Shown: positions 42,301 to 53,862 of the stretch, in pieces
Numbering within the stretch: position 1 is the stretch's first letter
How the letters are laid out: each line of letters starts with the position of its first letter
DNA from: an uncultured Planctomycetota bacterium
Lineage (GTDB): Bacteria; Planctomycetota; Planctomycetia; Isosphaerales; Isosphaeraceae
Assembly: GCA_963845755.1 (NCBI GenBank)
Contig: CAWJTV010000047.1
Location: 96,001 to 160,000, forward strand
Reading direction: 5' to 3'
DNA length: 64,000 nucleotides
The notes under the pieces: model-generated
What the model saw: the letters and a program-made list of their open reading frames with translations, nothing else
Databases searched by the model: none
Told to the model about the DNA's origin: nothing
Made by a program: the position numbers and the translations under genes

Positions 42301-43419
42301 TCACGCATTGCCCTTCTGCCAGGCCAGGCCGATCGTCGCCACGGCCGCAGCCAGGGCGGGATCCGCATTGATGCGGACCACGGCTGCCTGGCAGGCATGT
42401 CGGACGGTGGCCGGGTCCCGGCCGCCGAAATAGCTCCCGATCACGGCGAAGCTGGAACCGGTGTGCGTCCGGGCGAGATGCATGGCCAGGTGGCGCGCCT
42501 CGACGATCGACGCCCGCCGACTCGGTCCGCGCAAGACGCTGAGGCGAACGCCGAACTTCGTCGCCACGGATCGGGCGACCGCCTCAACGGTCAAAGTCCG
42601 CCCGGCCAGTAGGGTCTCCTCCGCCAGGATCGCGGCGACCGACTCCAGGTCGAGCGCGCGGGTTGCGCGACCCAGGCGGCGACCCTCCGTCGCGCGCGTA
42701 CCGTGCGGCGCATGCCCGAGCCGGGCTTCCAGGGCCAGCCGCGCGATCCAGCCGTCGAGGGTGCGGTAGCCGTCGGCCGCCTCCGCAAGCCGCTCGACGG
42801 CGTCGGCCAGGAGGGTCACTTCGTGCTGGGCGGCAGCGTGGAGGATAAAACGTCGCCGCGAGGCGAGGGCGGGCGGGTCGATCCGGACCGTCAAACCACC
42901 GAGCAAGCGATTGATCAGCCGGGCCGGCCACTCGCGTCGCGGCCACGTCGCGGGCGCGGACCGGGCCGAGGTCGCGATGCCGGCCCCGGCGGCCTCGAGC
43001 GCATCGAGCGTGTGGGCCAGCTCCTCGCGGGCCGACGGGGTGCGCTCCAGGCCCTCCAGGTCTTCGATGATGAAGAGGTTGACACCGCGCAGTCGATCCC
43101 GCAGAGCCGCCCAGCCGTCGCCCTCTCCAGCCGCCTCGACACACGCCGCGGCGAACGTCTCGGCGTTCAAATGCGCCACCGCCGAACCCGGCTCCCGGCG
43201 CAGCCGCTCGACCACCAGGCCCGCCAGGAGTCGCGACTTTCCCACGCCCGAGCCGCCGTGCACGACCAGCGGCGAGATCCCCTGTGGATCTCCCCGCGCG
43301 ATCGCCTGAGCACCCGCCATCGCCAGCTCGTTCTCCGGGCCAACGACGTAACCGTCCCAGGGATGGGGCGCTCGTCCCGGGATCGCGGGTGTCCGCGATA
43401 TCGGCCGGCGAGCTGTCAT
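42301..43419 (-). CDS. dnaA: DnaA-family AAA+ protein with C-terminal HTH (divergent paralog lacking domain I)
   Basis: YVVGPENELA, PLVVHGGSGVGKSRL, FIIEDLE, RLINRL; domain IV ARHLAMHLAR..IGSYFGGRDPATVRHA. Confidence 0.75.
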   Translation of the reverse strand: MTARRPISRTPAIPGRAPHPWDGYVVGPENELAMAGAQAIARGDPQGISPLVVHGGSGVGKSRLLAGLVVERLRREPGSAVAHLNAETFAAACVEAAGEGDGWAALRDRLRGVNLFIIEDLEGLERTPSAREELAHTLDALEAAGAGIATSARSAPATWPRREWPARLINRLLGGLTVRIDPPALASRRRFILHAAAQHEVTLLADAVERLAEAADGYRTLDGWIARLALEARLGHAPHGTRATEGRRLGRATRALDLESVAAILAEETLLAGRTLTVEAVARSVATKFGVRLSVLRGPSRRASIVEARHLAMHLARTHTGSSFAVIGSYFGGRDPATVRHACQAAVVRINADPALAAAVATIGLAWQKGNA

Positions 43420-43529
43420 CCAGGCTTCCCGGCTCCGTGGTCGGATTCGCGGTCACGATCGTTTTCGTCGCGGGTTCCATGCCGGTTGACGGCCTCCTGC
43501 CGGGGGGCCAGCATTCGACACTTCCTCGA

Positions 43530-44493
43530 TCACGAGCCTTCCATCGGCGTGACGGTCAGGGTCATCTCCTGGCCGTCGCGAAGGATGACCACGGCGGCCG
43601 CATGGCCGGGTTCGGCATCCGCGGCGGCGGCGTAGACGTCCGTTATCGAGGCGGTCCAGCGGCCGTCGAGTGTCGTGATGACATCGCCTGCTTTCAGGCC
43701 TCCCTTCTCGGCGGGCGAGCCGGCCACGACGGCCATGATGGGGACGCCCGGCGCATCGATGCCGCCGATCGGCCCCCCCAGCCGGATCCCCCACAGACCC
43801 AGCGGCGCCAGCACACGGTGCCGCGCGACCTTCGGGCCCATCAGCCGGTCCTGGAGGTCCTTGACCAGGTCGCGGACCACGAAGTTGACCGGTTCGAATG
43901 TCATCTGATGGGCCTGGTAGTCGATCGTTGTCTTGTACCGGGCGAACAGGGTGAAGCCCATGATGCCATCGATCTTCTTGCCCATATTGTCGCCCAAGGC
44001 CTTCAGGAGCGGATGATCGAAGACGATCACCGGCAGTTTGTTGACGGTGAGCTCGCCGGCCTCGAGTTTCTCGACCTCGGCCTCACCCCGCATACCGAAC
44101 AAGAACGCGCGGGGGGCGTCGTCCTTGACCACACCCGAGGCCTCGCACACATGGTTGTTCAGGAGCGTAATCGGTGCACCCAGGTCGAAGATCAGATGAT
44201 ACGGCCCCTTTCCGTTGATCCGCGCCGAGACGAGCATGTGGTTCGACGGCAACATCACGAAGGGGACGACGGCCTTTTTCGACTTGGCCGGGCTCTTCGC
44301 CCCCTTCGCAACTGGAACCGACGCCGGTTGGGGAGCAGTTCGGAGCTGAGCCGCACGTCAGACTGGCCCCGAGAGTGAGGACGATCGCGGCGCTCAGGGC
44401 GACCGAGCTCCTCAGAACGATCCTTCCGATCGGAGCCGGTCTGGACTGATCGGCATGGTCGGTTGTGTCGCGCGCGATGAATCGTCGGTCCAT
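43530..44493 (-). CDS. Retropepsin-like aspartic protease fold plus PDZ domain; apparent frameshift near 44340
   Basis: INGKGPYHLIFDLGAP, IDGIMGF, GSPAEKGGLKAGDVI. Confidence 0.75.
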
Positions 44494-44496
44494 GGC

Positions 44497-45448
44497 TCAG
44501 AGTCCCTCCCCGGCTGTGATCTCGAGTTGCAGCTCGCGGGCATCGGGCCCCGGGCCGCGGCGGATGGTGAGCGAGACGATTTCGCCCTCCCGGATCTCGG
44601 CCATGGCGGTGCGGACAGCTTTGATGTCGTCGAACGCGCCGGCCGAGGATCCGGAGGATCTGGTCGCCGGCCTTGAGACCGGCCGTCGCGGCGGGCGAGC
44701 CGTCGAGTACGCGGAGGACCCGGGGCCTGGATTGCCCCGACTTCGCCTTAGAGGTGGTATCCCATTCCAGGCCCAGGAAGCCCCGGGGATGCTGCTCCTC
44801 CTCCGGCTGTTTTCCCATGAACAAGGCAAGTCCCTTGGCGAGTGGCCCGAGCATATTCATCGCCTGCACACCCGCTGGTGCGCGGGCATCGTCGCCCCGC
44901 CCTCGACGCGCGACCCGCGGCTCGCGCGGTTCGGCATCCAGGCGGGTCCAGGTCATCCGATCCTGGGTCGGGTCGATCTCCAGGCGGAACCGCGCCAGGA
45001 TGGTGAACCCCAGAATCCCGTCGATCGTCTTGCCGGGCAGGCCCAGGGCGTTCATCCCCACGAGCTGGAAGATGTCCTCGACCCGCGCGTTGATCTTCGA
45101 CAGCCGCGCGCCCCCTTCGATGTCGAGCCGATCGATCGCAGTAAAGAGGTTATCCGCGTCCGGTTTCACGCCCGACTTCCTGGCCGTCTCGGTGGCGAGG
45201 TACAAGGCCGGCGCGCCTGAATCGACCAGGAAGTTGAATGGTCCCTTGCCGTTGATCCGGACTCGCACCAGGAAGTGGTTGGTATCCGTGAGGTGATACG
45301 GAACCCGGAACGACCGGCCGATCTGCGGGTCGCGCGGCGCCGACTGCCCGCGGCCTGCGGGGTCAACGGCCAGGACCATGGTCATGGCCGTCGCCGCCGT
45401 GGCCAGGGCCAGCCCCAGCCGCCACACTCGTCGAATCATGGAGCGCAC
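44497..45448 (-). CDS. Secreted retropepsin-like aspartic protease plus PDZ domain; apparent frameshift near 44640
   Basis: Signal-like N-terminus, INGKGPFNFLVDSGAP, IDGILGF, GSPAATAGLKAGDQI. Confidence 0.8.
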
Positions 45449-45802
45449 CGCTTTCCGTCCAGAATGGGACCAGAGGGCATCCAGCGAACCAACCCATTAT
45501 CCCAGATCGGCCGAAACGCGGTCTACCGGAAACACCCCAGGATCTCGACAGACGGATCCCAATTCAGCAACGTGGCTGTCGTCCTGGAGGTCTACTGGAG
45601 TCCTCCGTGGCTTCCAGGTACGACGAATTGGCGTTCCGTCCACACAACGGCGTGAGGAGATGCGATCGCCGCAGGTCCCGTAGGGGTTCCGGCGTCGATT
45701 CCCTCCGGTTAGCCGAGTCGCGAGTCTCAGTGACAACCCATGCCGGATGGACCACCGGGTCGCTCTATCGATCGCGAAGAAAGGAATGAGTGAACTGTGC
45801 GT

Positions 45803-47005
45803 TCAATCTCCGCCTTCGTGCAGTGGCCAATCCCAGAGATGGATGGTGCCGTCGAAGCCGCCCGTGGCCAGGCTGAGGCCGTCGGGGGCGAAGGCCAGCG
45901 AGCGGGTACCGGCATGATTGAGTTGCACCGGGCGCACAGCCAGGGTTGCGAAGTCCCAGAACGTGATCCGACCATGGAGGCCGGCGGCGGCGAGTGTCGT
46001 GCCGTCGGGACTGATCGCCACCGCAACGACGGGTCCCTCCGTCCCGCGCACGGCTGCGCGTTCGATCCCGGCGGAGACATCCCAGAGTCGCACGACCGGA
46101 CTGACCGGGTCCGCCAGGGCCAGCAACCGGCTGTCGGGAGAGTAAGACAGGGCGACGACCGTGTTCGACGGGCTGCGGATCGCCAGACGCTCGCGGCCCG
46201 TTGCCGGCTCCCAGACCCGCACGCTGCGATCGCCGCCCGAGGAGGCCAGCGTGGTGCCGTCCGGCGCGAAGCTCAGTGCGGCAACAAAGTCATCGTGACC
46301 TTCCAAGGCCGACCGCAATTTTCCCGTGGCCACGTCCCAGAACGTGATTCTCCCATCCTGTTGCCCGACGGCCAGCGTGGTGCCGTCGGGAGCGAACGCC
46401 AGGCTCGCAGCACCGACCGTAACATCCGCCTCGTCATCAAGGGACTGTTGTACCTCTGTGTTGAGGACGTGTAGCGCAACTGGTGCCGTCCGGCTCCCCG
46501 TCGCCATGACCTTGCCGTCGGGGGTGAATGACAGGCACCGAACCGGGACCGAGCCCGACTGCTGGAGGGGATACCCCCGTAGCGCCGATGGCTCGCGGAG
46601 TACCACCGAGCCATCGCCACCGACCGTCGCCAGCAGGCTCCCATCGGGCGAAAACGCGACCGACATGATCGCACCGACATGTTCTACCAGAGTCGCGTGA
46701 GGCCGAGTCGTCTCACGCTGTGGACATTCCCCCAGAAGGAAGGCCGCCGTCGCGATCATCGCTCCCACGAACGACATCGTCTGCCACGTCACCAGCCTCA
46801 GCCGGGTCGGATGACTTCGAGACTCCCGGTGACACCGGGAGTTCGACTTCCCACCGATTCGTTCCATGGGCTCGGCGATCCCTCTACCTGACATCATCGT
46901 GGCTCCATGGCCGAGGTTGGTCTCAGTTCGGGAGTCATTCACAGCTCCCTCGCCTACTTTCGTTTTCGCCGGGATCCGCACATTATTGAGCAACTCAACC
47001 CGCAA
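45803..47005 (-). CDS. WD40-repeat protein (true start probably downstream of 47005)
   Basis: About seven (A)FSPDG..LA...D..(I/V)..WD repeats after a hydrophobic segment. Confidence 0.85.
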   Translation of the reverse strand: MRVELLNNVRIPAKTKVGEGAVNDSRTETNLGHGATMMSGRGIAEPMERIGGKSNSRCHRESRSHPTRLRLVTWQTMSFVGAMIATAAFLLGECPQRETTRPHATLVEHVGAIMSVAFSPDGSLLATVGGDGSVVLREPSALRGYPLQQSGSVPVRCLSFTPDGKVMATGSRTAPVALHVLNTEVQQSLDDEADVTVGAASLAFAPDGTTLAVGQQDGRITFWDVATGKLRSALEGHDDFVAALSFAPDGTTLASSGGDRSVRVWEPATGRERLAIRSPSNTVVALSYSPDSRLLALADPVSPVVRLWDVSAGIERAAVRGTEGPVVAVAISPDGTTLAAAGLHGRITFWDFATLAVRPVQLNHAGTRSLAFAPDGLSLATGGFDGTIHLWDWPLHEGGD

Positions 47006-47531
47006 TGGGTTCGCGATGACGATGCGGATTGTTTTCTCCGGCGCGACTCGAATGCGATTCGCCGACTATATGGTAGAATGCGAACCAGGACCGAGCGTCC
47101 ACCGCATTCCGTCAAAATCGCTGATGAGTCCACGCGTGCGACGATGCGGATTGAGAACAATGACAACCCGATTCGAAAGATTCGCGGCGTTCGTGGCGTT
47201 CCGCAGAAGCTTCCACGAGAGGGCCAATGCACCGTGCACTCATCTCGGAGATTCCCAATTCAACATTCCCGATTCCCTGGCTCCAACTGCGCCGAACCCA
47301 TGCGTGAATCGCCGCTAGACTGCGCCGGATTCTTCACTTTTTGTCAGTATGACAACTGTCGGGGAGGTTCATCCCAGGCAAGAACTGACCGAATGGATTG
47401 GGAGCGGGGAATCCGCCTTCGATCGCGACGGGGGCGTCATCAGGCCGCCGCCGGGAACGAATTCGCGGATTTCGACGGTGGTCGGTGGACGATCGGTTCC
47501 CGGCTGCATTCCTACTTGTAGAGGGACACCG

Positions 47532-48167
47532 ATGATTCCGGGCTCGGACGACTCCGAAGACCTCCTGTTTCGCGCCGCCGGAGGAGAAGACGCGGCCCTC
47601 GCTGCGCTCTGGGAGCGCCACAGGGCCCGGCTCCGGCAGATGGTCCGGCTGCGGCTGGACCGCCGGCTCCAGGGGCGGATCGACCCTTCCGACGTCCTCC
47701 AGGAGGCGTATCTCGACCTGGCCGCCCGACTGCCGGACTACGCGCGCGACCACCCGATGCCGCCCTATCTGTGGCTGCGGTTGGTCACCGGTCAACGGCT
47801 TGCGCAGGAACATCGCCGCCACCTGGGCACGGCCATGCGCGATGCCGGCCGTGAGGTGGTTCTCCACGCCGGTCCGTGGCCCCAGGCCAGCTCCGCAACG
47901 CTTGCCACTCAGTTGCTCGGACGGCTGACCACTCCGAGCCAGGCGGCCATCCGTGCCGAGCGGCAACTCCAGCTCCAGGAGGTCCTCAACCGTATGGACC
48001 CGATCGACCGCGAGATCCTGGCCCTCCGCCACTTCGAGGAACTCTCCAACGGCGAGGCCGCCGAGGTCCTGGGGCTCGCCAAGACCGCCGCCAATAATCG
48101 ATATGTCCGCGCCCTCGACCGACTTCGCGACCTCCTCGAGCAGACACCTGGCCTCTTCGACGAATAA
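47532..48167 (+). CDS. ECF sigma-70 factor (planctomycete type)
   Basis: RLRQMVRLRLD, DPSDVLQEA, LRHFEELSNGEAA. Confidence 0.9.
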   Translation: MIPGSDDSEDLLFRAAGGEDAALAALWERHRARLRQMVRLRLDRRLQGRIDPSDVLQEAYLDLAARLPDYARDHPMPPYLWLRLVTGQRLAQEHRRHLGTAMRDAGREVVLHAGPWPQASSATLATQLLGRLTTPSQAAIRAERQLQLQEVLNRMDPIDREILALRHFEELSNGEAAEVLGLAKTAANNRYVRALDRLRDLLEQTPGLFDE

Positions 48168-48329
48168 GCCGGAAGGCCGCCCGATCCAGGCTCGCAAATT
48201 TACTAATATTAATTTACATAATTATGTCAAATTATTTATCGGACTTTGAACGGCCTCGGGATCGGGGATCCGCCGGGCACGACGGCGTCAAGTCCGGCCG
48301 AGGACGCCGCATTGGTGGGAGGGGCAACG

Positions 48330-50687
48330 ATGCGGGAACCGGGTGACACGAGGACGAAGTGTTGCGACGGTGGGCTATCGCCCGACGGCGCTCGACCGGA
48401 GTTGAGGGGCGACCGGATCGGTGAGCTGGCGGAGTCATTCCTGACGCGTCATCGCCGGGGTGAGCAACCCTCGGTCGAGGACGATGCCGCGGCCTACCCC
48501 GAGTTGGCCGCCGACATCCGGCGCCTGTTCCCGGCGCTCTTGCTGATGGAAGAGCTCAAACCCGCTGCGTCCGACGACGCCTTCACGAGTGCGCCGGAGC
48601 GTCTGGGCGACTTCCGGATCCTCCGCGAAGTAGGCCGGGGAGGTATGGGAATCGTCTACGAGGCGGAGCAAGAGTCGCTCGGCCGCCATGTCGCCCTGAA
48701 GGTCCTGGGCGTGAACGGCCCGCGCGACGCCAAGCAACTCCTGCGGTTCCAGCGCGAGGCTCGTGCTGCGGCCAAGCTGCACCACACCAACATCGTGCCG
48801 GTCTTCGGCGTCGGCGAGTCTGAGGGCATGCACTATTATGTCATGCAATTCATCCCGGGACTGGGACTCGACGCGGTGCTGGGTGAGATCCAGCGGCTCC
48901 GGGAGCCGGAGTCAAAAGACGACTCGTGTTGTGTGATCCGTCGCGGCCGGGCGCGAGCCGTCGTCATGGCGCGCAGTCTGCTCTCGGGCCGAATCTCGTT
49001 CCCGTGCGCGCGAAGCGAATCGGCTCCGCGACAGGAGACTGCCTCCTCCGGCACTTCTGAGCTCGCCTCCACGACATCAGCGGTCTTGCCCGGGGAGTCC
49101 GGTACGTCGCCGGCAGACGCTCACCGCCGCTATACGCGCAGTGTCGCGATGATCGGCATCCAGGTCGCCGAGGCGCTGGAGTACGCACATCATCAGGGGA
49201 CACTCCATCGCGACATCAAGCCCTCGAATTTGCTGCTCGACGGCCAGGGGACCGTCTGGGTCGCCGACTTCGGGCTGGCCAAGGCGTCCGACAGCGACGA
49301 CCTGACGCACACCGGCGACATCGTCGGGACGCTTCGCTACATGGCACCCGAGCGGTTCCAGGGCCGTTGCGATGCAGGCTCCGACGTCTACTCTCTGGGC
49401 CTGACGCTCTACGAGCTGCTGGCGCGTCGGCCCGCGTTCAACAAAGTCGACCGGGCCGAACTGATTCGCCAGGTTACGTGCGAGGAACCGCCGCGACTGA
49501 GACGGCTGGACCCCACCGTCCCGCGCGACATGGAGACGATCGTGCACACGGCGATCGAGCGGGAGCCTGCCCGGCGCTATCCGGGCGCGGCGGCGCTGGC
49601 GGACGACTTGCGGCGGTTCCTGGCCGGCCGTCCGGTCCGCGCGCGGCGGATCAGCCGGGCGGAGCACGCCTGGCGCTGGTGCCGCCGCAACCCTGCGGCA
49701 GCGGCCCTGGTGGCGACCGTTCTGGCCCTGTGCGCGATGGCCGTCGCATGGTGGACGGAAGCCGCCCACCGCCAGGGTCGGGCGCGACAGTCGGTCGAGT
49801 CGGCGGTGGAACAGGTCGCCGTCTGGATGCGGCAGGGCCGCTGGACGGAGGCGAAGGCGGTGCTCCTCCAGGCCGACAGCCGGCTCTACGACGCCGGCCT
49901 GCTTCGAATGCGCGTCCGCTTCCAGCACTGGCTCTACGACCTGGAGCTTGCGGCCAAGCTGGAAGACATCCGGCTTCGCCGCACGGGGCTACTCGAAGAC
50001 CCGTCCCACCACCGAGCCACGGCCCGCGAGTACGCCGCGGTGATTCTGGAGGCGCGATCGAAGGTCTCGGACGATCGAACCGCCGCGGTACTCATCCGCA
50101 ACTCGCCGATCCGGGAACCGCTTGTCGCGGCCCTCGACGAATGGGCGATTATCGAGGAAGACGCGGACATGCGGTCACGGCTGCTGCAAGTCGCACGTTG
50201 GGCTGACCCCGACCCCGTGTGGCGTGACCGCGTGCGAAACGTGGCGGTCTGGCACGATCGCAAGGCCCTGGAGCGACTGGCGGCCGAGGCGCCCGAGACT
50301 GACGCGCCGCCCCAGTTGTTGACCACCCTCGGCGTCCTGCTCGAGCAGGCCGGCGGCGACGCCGAGCCGCTTCTGCGTGCGGCCCAGCGCCGCCGACCGA
50401 CCGACTTCTGGCTCAACTTCGAACTCGGTCGGATGCTCGCCCAGGCCAAGCCCTGGCAGGCCATCGGCTTCTTCCGCGCCGCGCTGGTGCTTCGTCCCCA
50501 GACCAGCTCGGTCTACTACAACCTCGGACTGGCCCAGGTGGCCGCGGGCGACCGAGAGGAGGCGCGGGAATCCTATCGCCAGGCCATCGCGATCGACCCC
50601 GGCATGGCCGTCGTCGGCACGCACCTCGGCGAACTCCTCGCCGCACCCGCCAAGCCGGCACCCGCATCGGACCGCTCGAGGCGATAA
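48330..50687 (+). CDS. Ser/Thr protein kinase with C-terminal TPR
   Basis: VGRGGMGIVY, HRDIKPSN, DFGLAK, GTLRYMAPE; C-terminal YYNLG...YRQAIAIDP. Confidence 0.92.
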   Translation: MREPGDTRTKCCDGGLSPDGARPELRGDRIGELAESFLTRHRRGEQPSVEDDAAAYPELAADIRRLFPALLLMEELKPAASDDAFTSAPERLGDFRILREVGRGGMGIVYEAEQESLGRHVALKVLGVNGPRDAKQLLRFQREARAAAKLHHTNIVPVFGVGESEGMHYYVMQFIPGLGLDAVLGEIQRLREPESKDDSCCVIRRGRARAVVMARSLLSGRISFPCARSESAPRQETASSGTSELASTTSAVLPGESGTSPADAHRRYTRSVAMIGIQVAEALEYAHHQGTLHRDIKPSNLLLDGQGTVWVADFGLAKASDSDDLTHTGDIVGTLRYMAPERFQGRCDAGSDVYSLGLTLYELLARRPAFNKVDRAELIRQVTCEEPPRLRRLDPTVPRDMETIVHTAIEREPARRYPGAAALADDLRRFLAGRPVRARRISRAEHAWRWCRRNPAAAALVATVLALCAMAVAWWTEAAHRQGRARQSVESAVEQVAVWMRQGRWTEAKAVLLQADSRLYDAGLLRMRVRFQHWLYDLELAAKLEDIRLRRTGLLEDPSHHRATAREYAAVILEARSKVSDDRTAAVLIRNSPIREPLVAALDEWAIIEEDADMRSRLLQVARWADPDPVWRDRVRNVAVWHDRKALERLAAEAPETDAPPQLLTTLGVLLEQAGGDAEPLLRAAQRRRPTDFWLNFELGRMLAQAKPWQAIGFFRAALVLRPQTSSVYYNLGLAQVAAGDREEARESYRQAIAIDPGMAVVGTHLGELLAAPAKPAPASDRSRR

Positions 50688-50902
50688 CTCGATCCTGGCT
50701 CCTGGCCACCGACGCCCGACCACGGACCTAAAGTGTTTGCCCCGGCACGTGTAACGTGTTACGCTCGAAGTTCGTGCGTGTACGAAAGGTCGGACCGACG
50801 CGGGAGGTGCCTCCCCTGCGCCGACCCTTGCGCCTCAGTGATCCCCGCCCTCAGCGCGACGTGACGTGACGACATCCCTCTGACCTGCCGCGAGTCTGCC
50901 CC

Positions 50903-52333
50903 ATGGCCACCCCTGCTGCGACCATCAGTCCGCTGGACCGCGCCGATCCAAGGCCTATTTCCGGCTCTTGCCTCTGTTATTCCTCGGCTACGCCATCGCT
51001 TACGTCGATCGCATCAACATATCTCTGGCCGCGCTCAGGATGACCGAGGACCTGCCGGGCTTCAACAACGAAGTCATCGGCTTCGGCGGGATCTTCTTCA
51101 TCGGCTACTTCATCCTGGAGATCCCTGGCACGCTCCTGGTCGAGAAGTGGAGCGCGCGGAAATGGATCTTCCGGATCATGGTCACCTGGGGGATCGTGGC
51201 GGCGCTGACGGCGTTCGTGAAGACGCCGGTCCAGTTCTACGCAGTGCGGTTCGCGCTCGGCCTGGCCGAGGCCGGGTTCTTTCCGGGGGTGATCGTCTAC
51301 CTGACCCACTGGTTCCCCGCGCGCGATCGAGGGCGGGCCCTCTCCTGGTTCTTCATCGCCACGCCGGTCGCGCAGTTCGTCAGCCCCAAGCTCTCGTACT
51401 TCCTGCTGCGGATCGGCACCACGGAGACGGCCGGAGGCGTGACGGTCCATCACCCGCCGCTCTGGGGGATGCAAGGCTGGCAGTGGATGTACATCGCGTG
51501 GGGGATCCCGGCGGTGATCCTGGGAATCCTGGTCCTGTTCAAACTGCCCGACTGGCCCAAGGACGCGCCCTGGCTCGAGCCCGACGAGCGCGATGCCCTG
51601 GAGCAGGAACTGAAGCGCGAGAAGGAACAGCACAAGAAGGGGCGCGGTCATATGTCGGTCCTCGACGCGCTCCAGCACCCCAAGGTGCTGCTGCTGGCCG
51701 CCGCGTATTTCTTCGTGGTGTCGACCAGCTACGGTGTCGAGACCTTCTTGCCCAAGATCCTCGAGAGATGGTACGAGCTGAACCTGAGCGACCTGACCTG
51801 GGCGCTGATGATCCCGCCGCTGGGAGGGCTGTTCGGACAGCTCCTGGTCGGCTGGAGTTCGGACCGCACCGGCGAGCGCCGGCTGCACGGCTCGATCCCG
51901 ATCTATATCGGCGCCGCCGCGCTCGCCGGAGCGTTGGTGATCCCCGCGTCATTCTCATTCAACTGCGCGGCTGGCCATGGCCGTGGCGCTGTTCACGATG
52001 GCGCTCATGGGGCTGAAGTCGTACATGCCGGCGTTCTGGGCCCTACCCAGCCTGCTCTTGACGGAGGCGGCCGCCGCGGGGAGCATCGGCCTGATCAATT
52101 CATTGGGCAACCTGGGGGGATTCGTCGGCCCGTCCCTGCTCGGGATGATCGAGACCAAGACCGGCTCGTTCGTGTACGGCCTGCTCTACCTGTGCGTCTC
52201 GATGGCCATCTCGGCCACGATCATCTTAACCCTGGGACTGGGCCATCGCGTCGCCAAGGCTTCGGTCGAGGAGACGGCGCATGCGCTCCCTCTGTTCGAC
52301 GAAGAAACCGACTCGCTCGTCGAGCCGGTCTGA
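50903..52333 (+). CDS. MFS transporter (anion:cation symporter-like); apparent frameshifts near 50945 and 51965
   Basis: YVDRINISLA, GLAEAGFFPG, WFP..DRG, INSLGNLGGFVGP. Confidence 0.88.
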
Positions 52334-52652
52334 GCGAGGGTCTGCCTCCGGACCGCGATCCATGCGGCCAAACCCAATTCATCCCGTACAGCCGATTCCA
52401 TCCTTGCGTGTAGACTGTCCCCAGGGATCGACCGGCCCGGTCATCTTCGTCACTTTCTCACAAAAACCACGCGACAATCTGCGATTTCCAACTCTATAAT
52501 AATTGGTCTTCATAGAACTGTCCCGTGTCTTGTGCCGACGATCGACACCGAACCGACCAGGGTGTTGCCCACCATGAAGTGGCCGCCGAATCCGGCGAGG
52601 GTGCCCCGGCATGACTTCGATTCTTCATCCAAGGGATGGGGGGAAAGCCGAG

Positions 52653-53804
52653 ATGAAACCGATGCGCAGACCCCGAGGCTTCACATTGATCGAACTGCTA
52701 GTGGTCATCGCGATCATCGCCGTACTGATCGCACTGCTCCTGCCGGCCGTGCAGGCGGCACGTGAAGCGGCGCGCCGCATGCAGTGCACCAACAACCTCA
52801 AGCAGATCACGCTCGCCATCGCCAATTACGTTGACGTCAATCAAACGACGCCACTGCACGAGTACCGCTACACCTACGACCCCGAGGCCGGCGGCGACAC
52901 GTCGCGAGGCTACTCGGGCGACCATTCCTGGTACTGCGGCATCATGGCCTTCATGGACCAGATGACGATGTACAACTCCATGAACTTCTCTTACACTCAA
53001 GAATGGGCATACGGCGGTGCCATCCTCGGTCCCAGCCCGACCGACATGACCGTTATCAGGGCATCCGTGGCGACCCTACTCTGCCCTTCTGACGGGGTGA
53101 TCAACACGTGCTCGGGGGACACCACCGACAGCTATCCCAACGGCAACTTCAACTACGTCGGCAATACCGGGCACCCGCGGAACATCTTGCTCCCCGGCGA
53201 TTCGAAGACGAACGGCAACGTACCCCAACTGACCGGCATCATGTCGATGAATCGGATGTACACAGGTCAGGGCGCCTGCCAGAGCGCGGCCTATGCCGCG
53301 ACCACGAACGTGAACGTCACGCTGGCGAGCATCACCGACGGCACGTCGAACACCGCCGCAGTCAGCGAGTCGCTGGTCAACGACGGCACCGGCGCCATGG
53401 GTGACGGCCGGCGCAACCTGAATTATACGAACTCGGGCCTGGTGGAAGCCATCGACGTGCCCGCGCTGGCGGTCGTCCAGGACGGCCTGGCCGGGCCGGT
53501 CAACTGGCAACCCTGGAGCATCTACAAAGGGTTGAGCTGGGCCTACACCGACGCCTGGCAGAAGCACGTCTACGCCCACCTACTCCCGCCCAACGTGCCG
53601 CCAATCATCACCTACTACACCGATACCTTCCGTTGCCTGGAAGGCGACGGTGCCATGAACCCCACGAGTAACCATCCCGGCGGCGTGAACGTGTCGTTCA
53701 TGGACGGATCGGTGCATTTCATCAAAAACTCGATCAACCTCCAGACCTGGTGGTTCATGGGAACCCGCGGCCGGGGCGAGATCATTTCGGCCGATACCTA
53801 CTGA
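52653..53804 (+). CDS. DUF1559 prepilin-type N-terminal cleavage/methylation protein
   Basis: [61 protein letters not shown] (H-X9-DG). Confidence 0.95.
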   Translation: MKPMRRPRGFTLIELLVVIAIIAVLIALLLPAVQAAREAARRMQCTNNLKQITLAIANYVDVNQTTPLHEYRYTYDPEAGGDTSRGYSGDHSWYCGIMAFMDQMTMYNSMNFSYTQEWAYGGAILGPSPTDMTVIRASVATLLCPSDGVINTCSGDTTDSYPNGNFNYVGNTGHPRNILLPGDSKTNGNVPQLTGIMSMNRMYTGQGACQSAAYAATTNVNVTLASITDGTSNTAAVSESLVNDGTGAMGDGRRNLNYTNSGLVEAIDVPALAVVQDGLAGPVNWQPWSIYKGLSWAYTDAWQKHVYAHLLPPNVPPIITYYTDTFRCLEGDGAMNPTSNHPGGVNVSFMDGSVHFIKNSINLQTWWFMGTRGRGEIISADTY

Positions 53805-53862
53805 GGACACGCCCCTGCGCCGGCCACCTGGCGCGGGGGGACCGTAGCGAGACGAAACCGCG

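Noticed and set aside
42301..43530. Replication origin near the DnaA-like gene
   Set aside because: No TTATCCACA cluster, AT-rich unwinding element or dnaN/recF/gyrB neighbours were seen.
50749..50764. GTAAC-GT-GTTAC dyad upstream of the MFS gene
   Set aside because: Short and imperfect with no cognate regulator nearby; may be chance.
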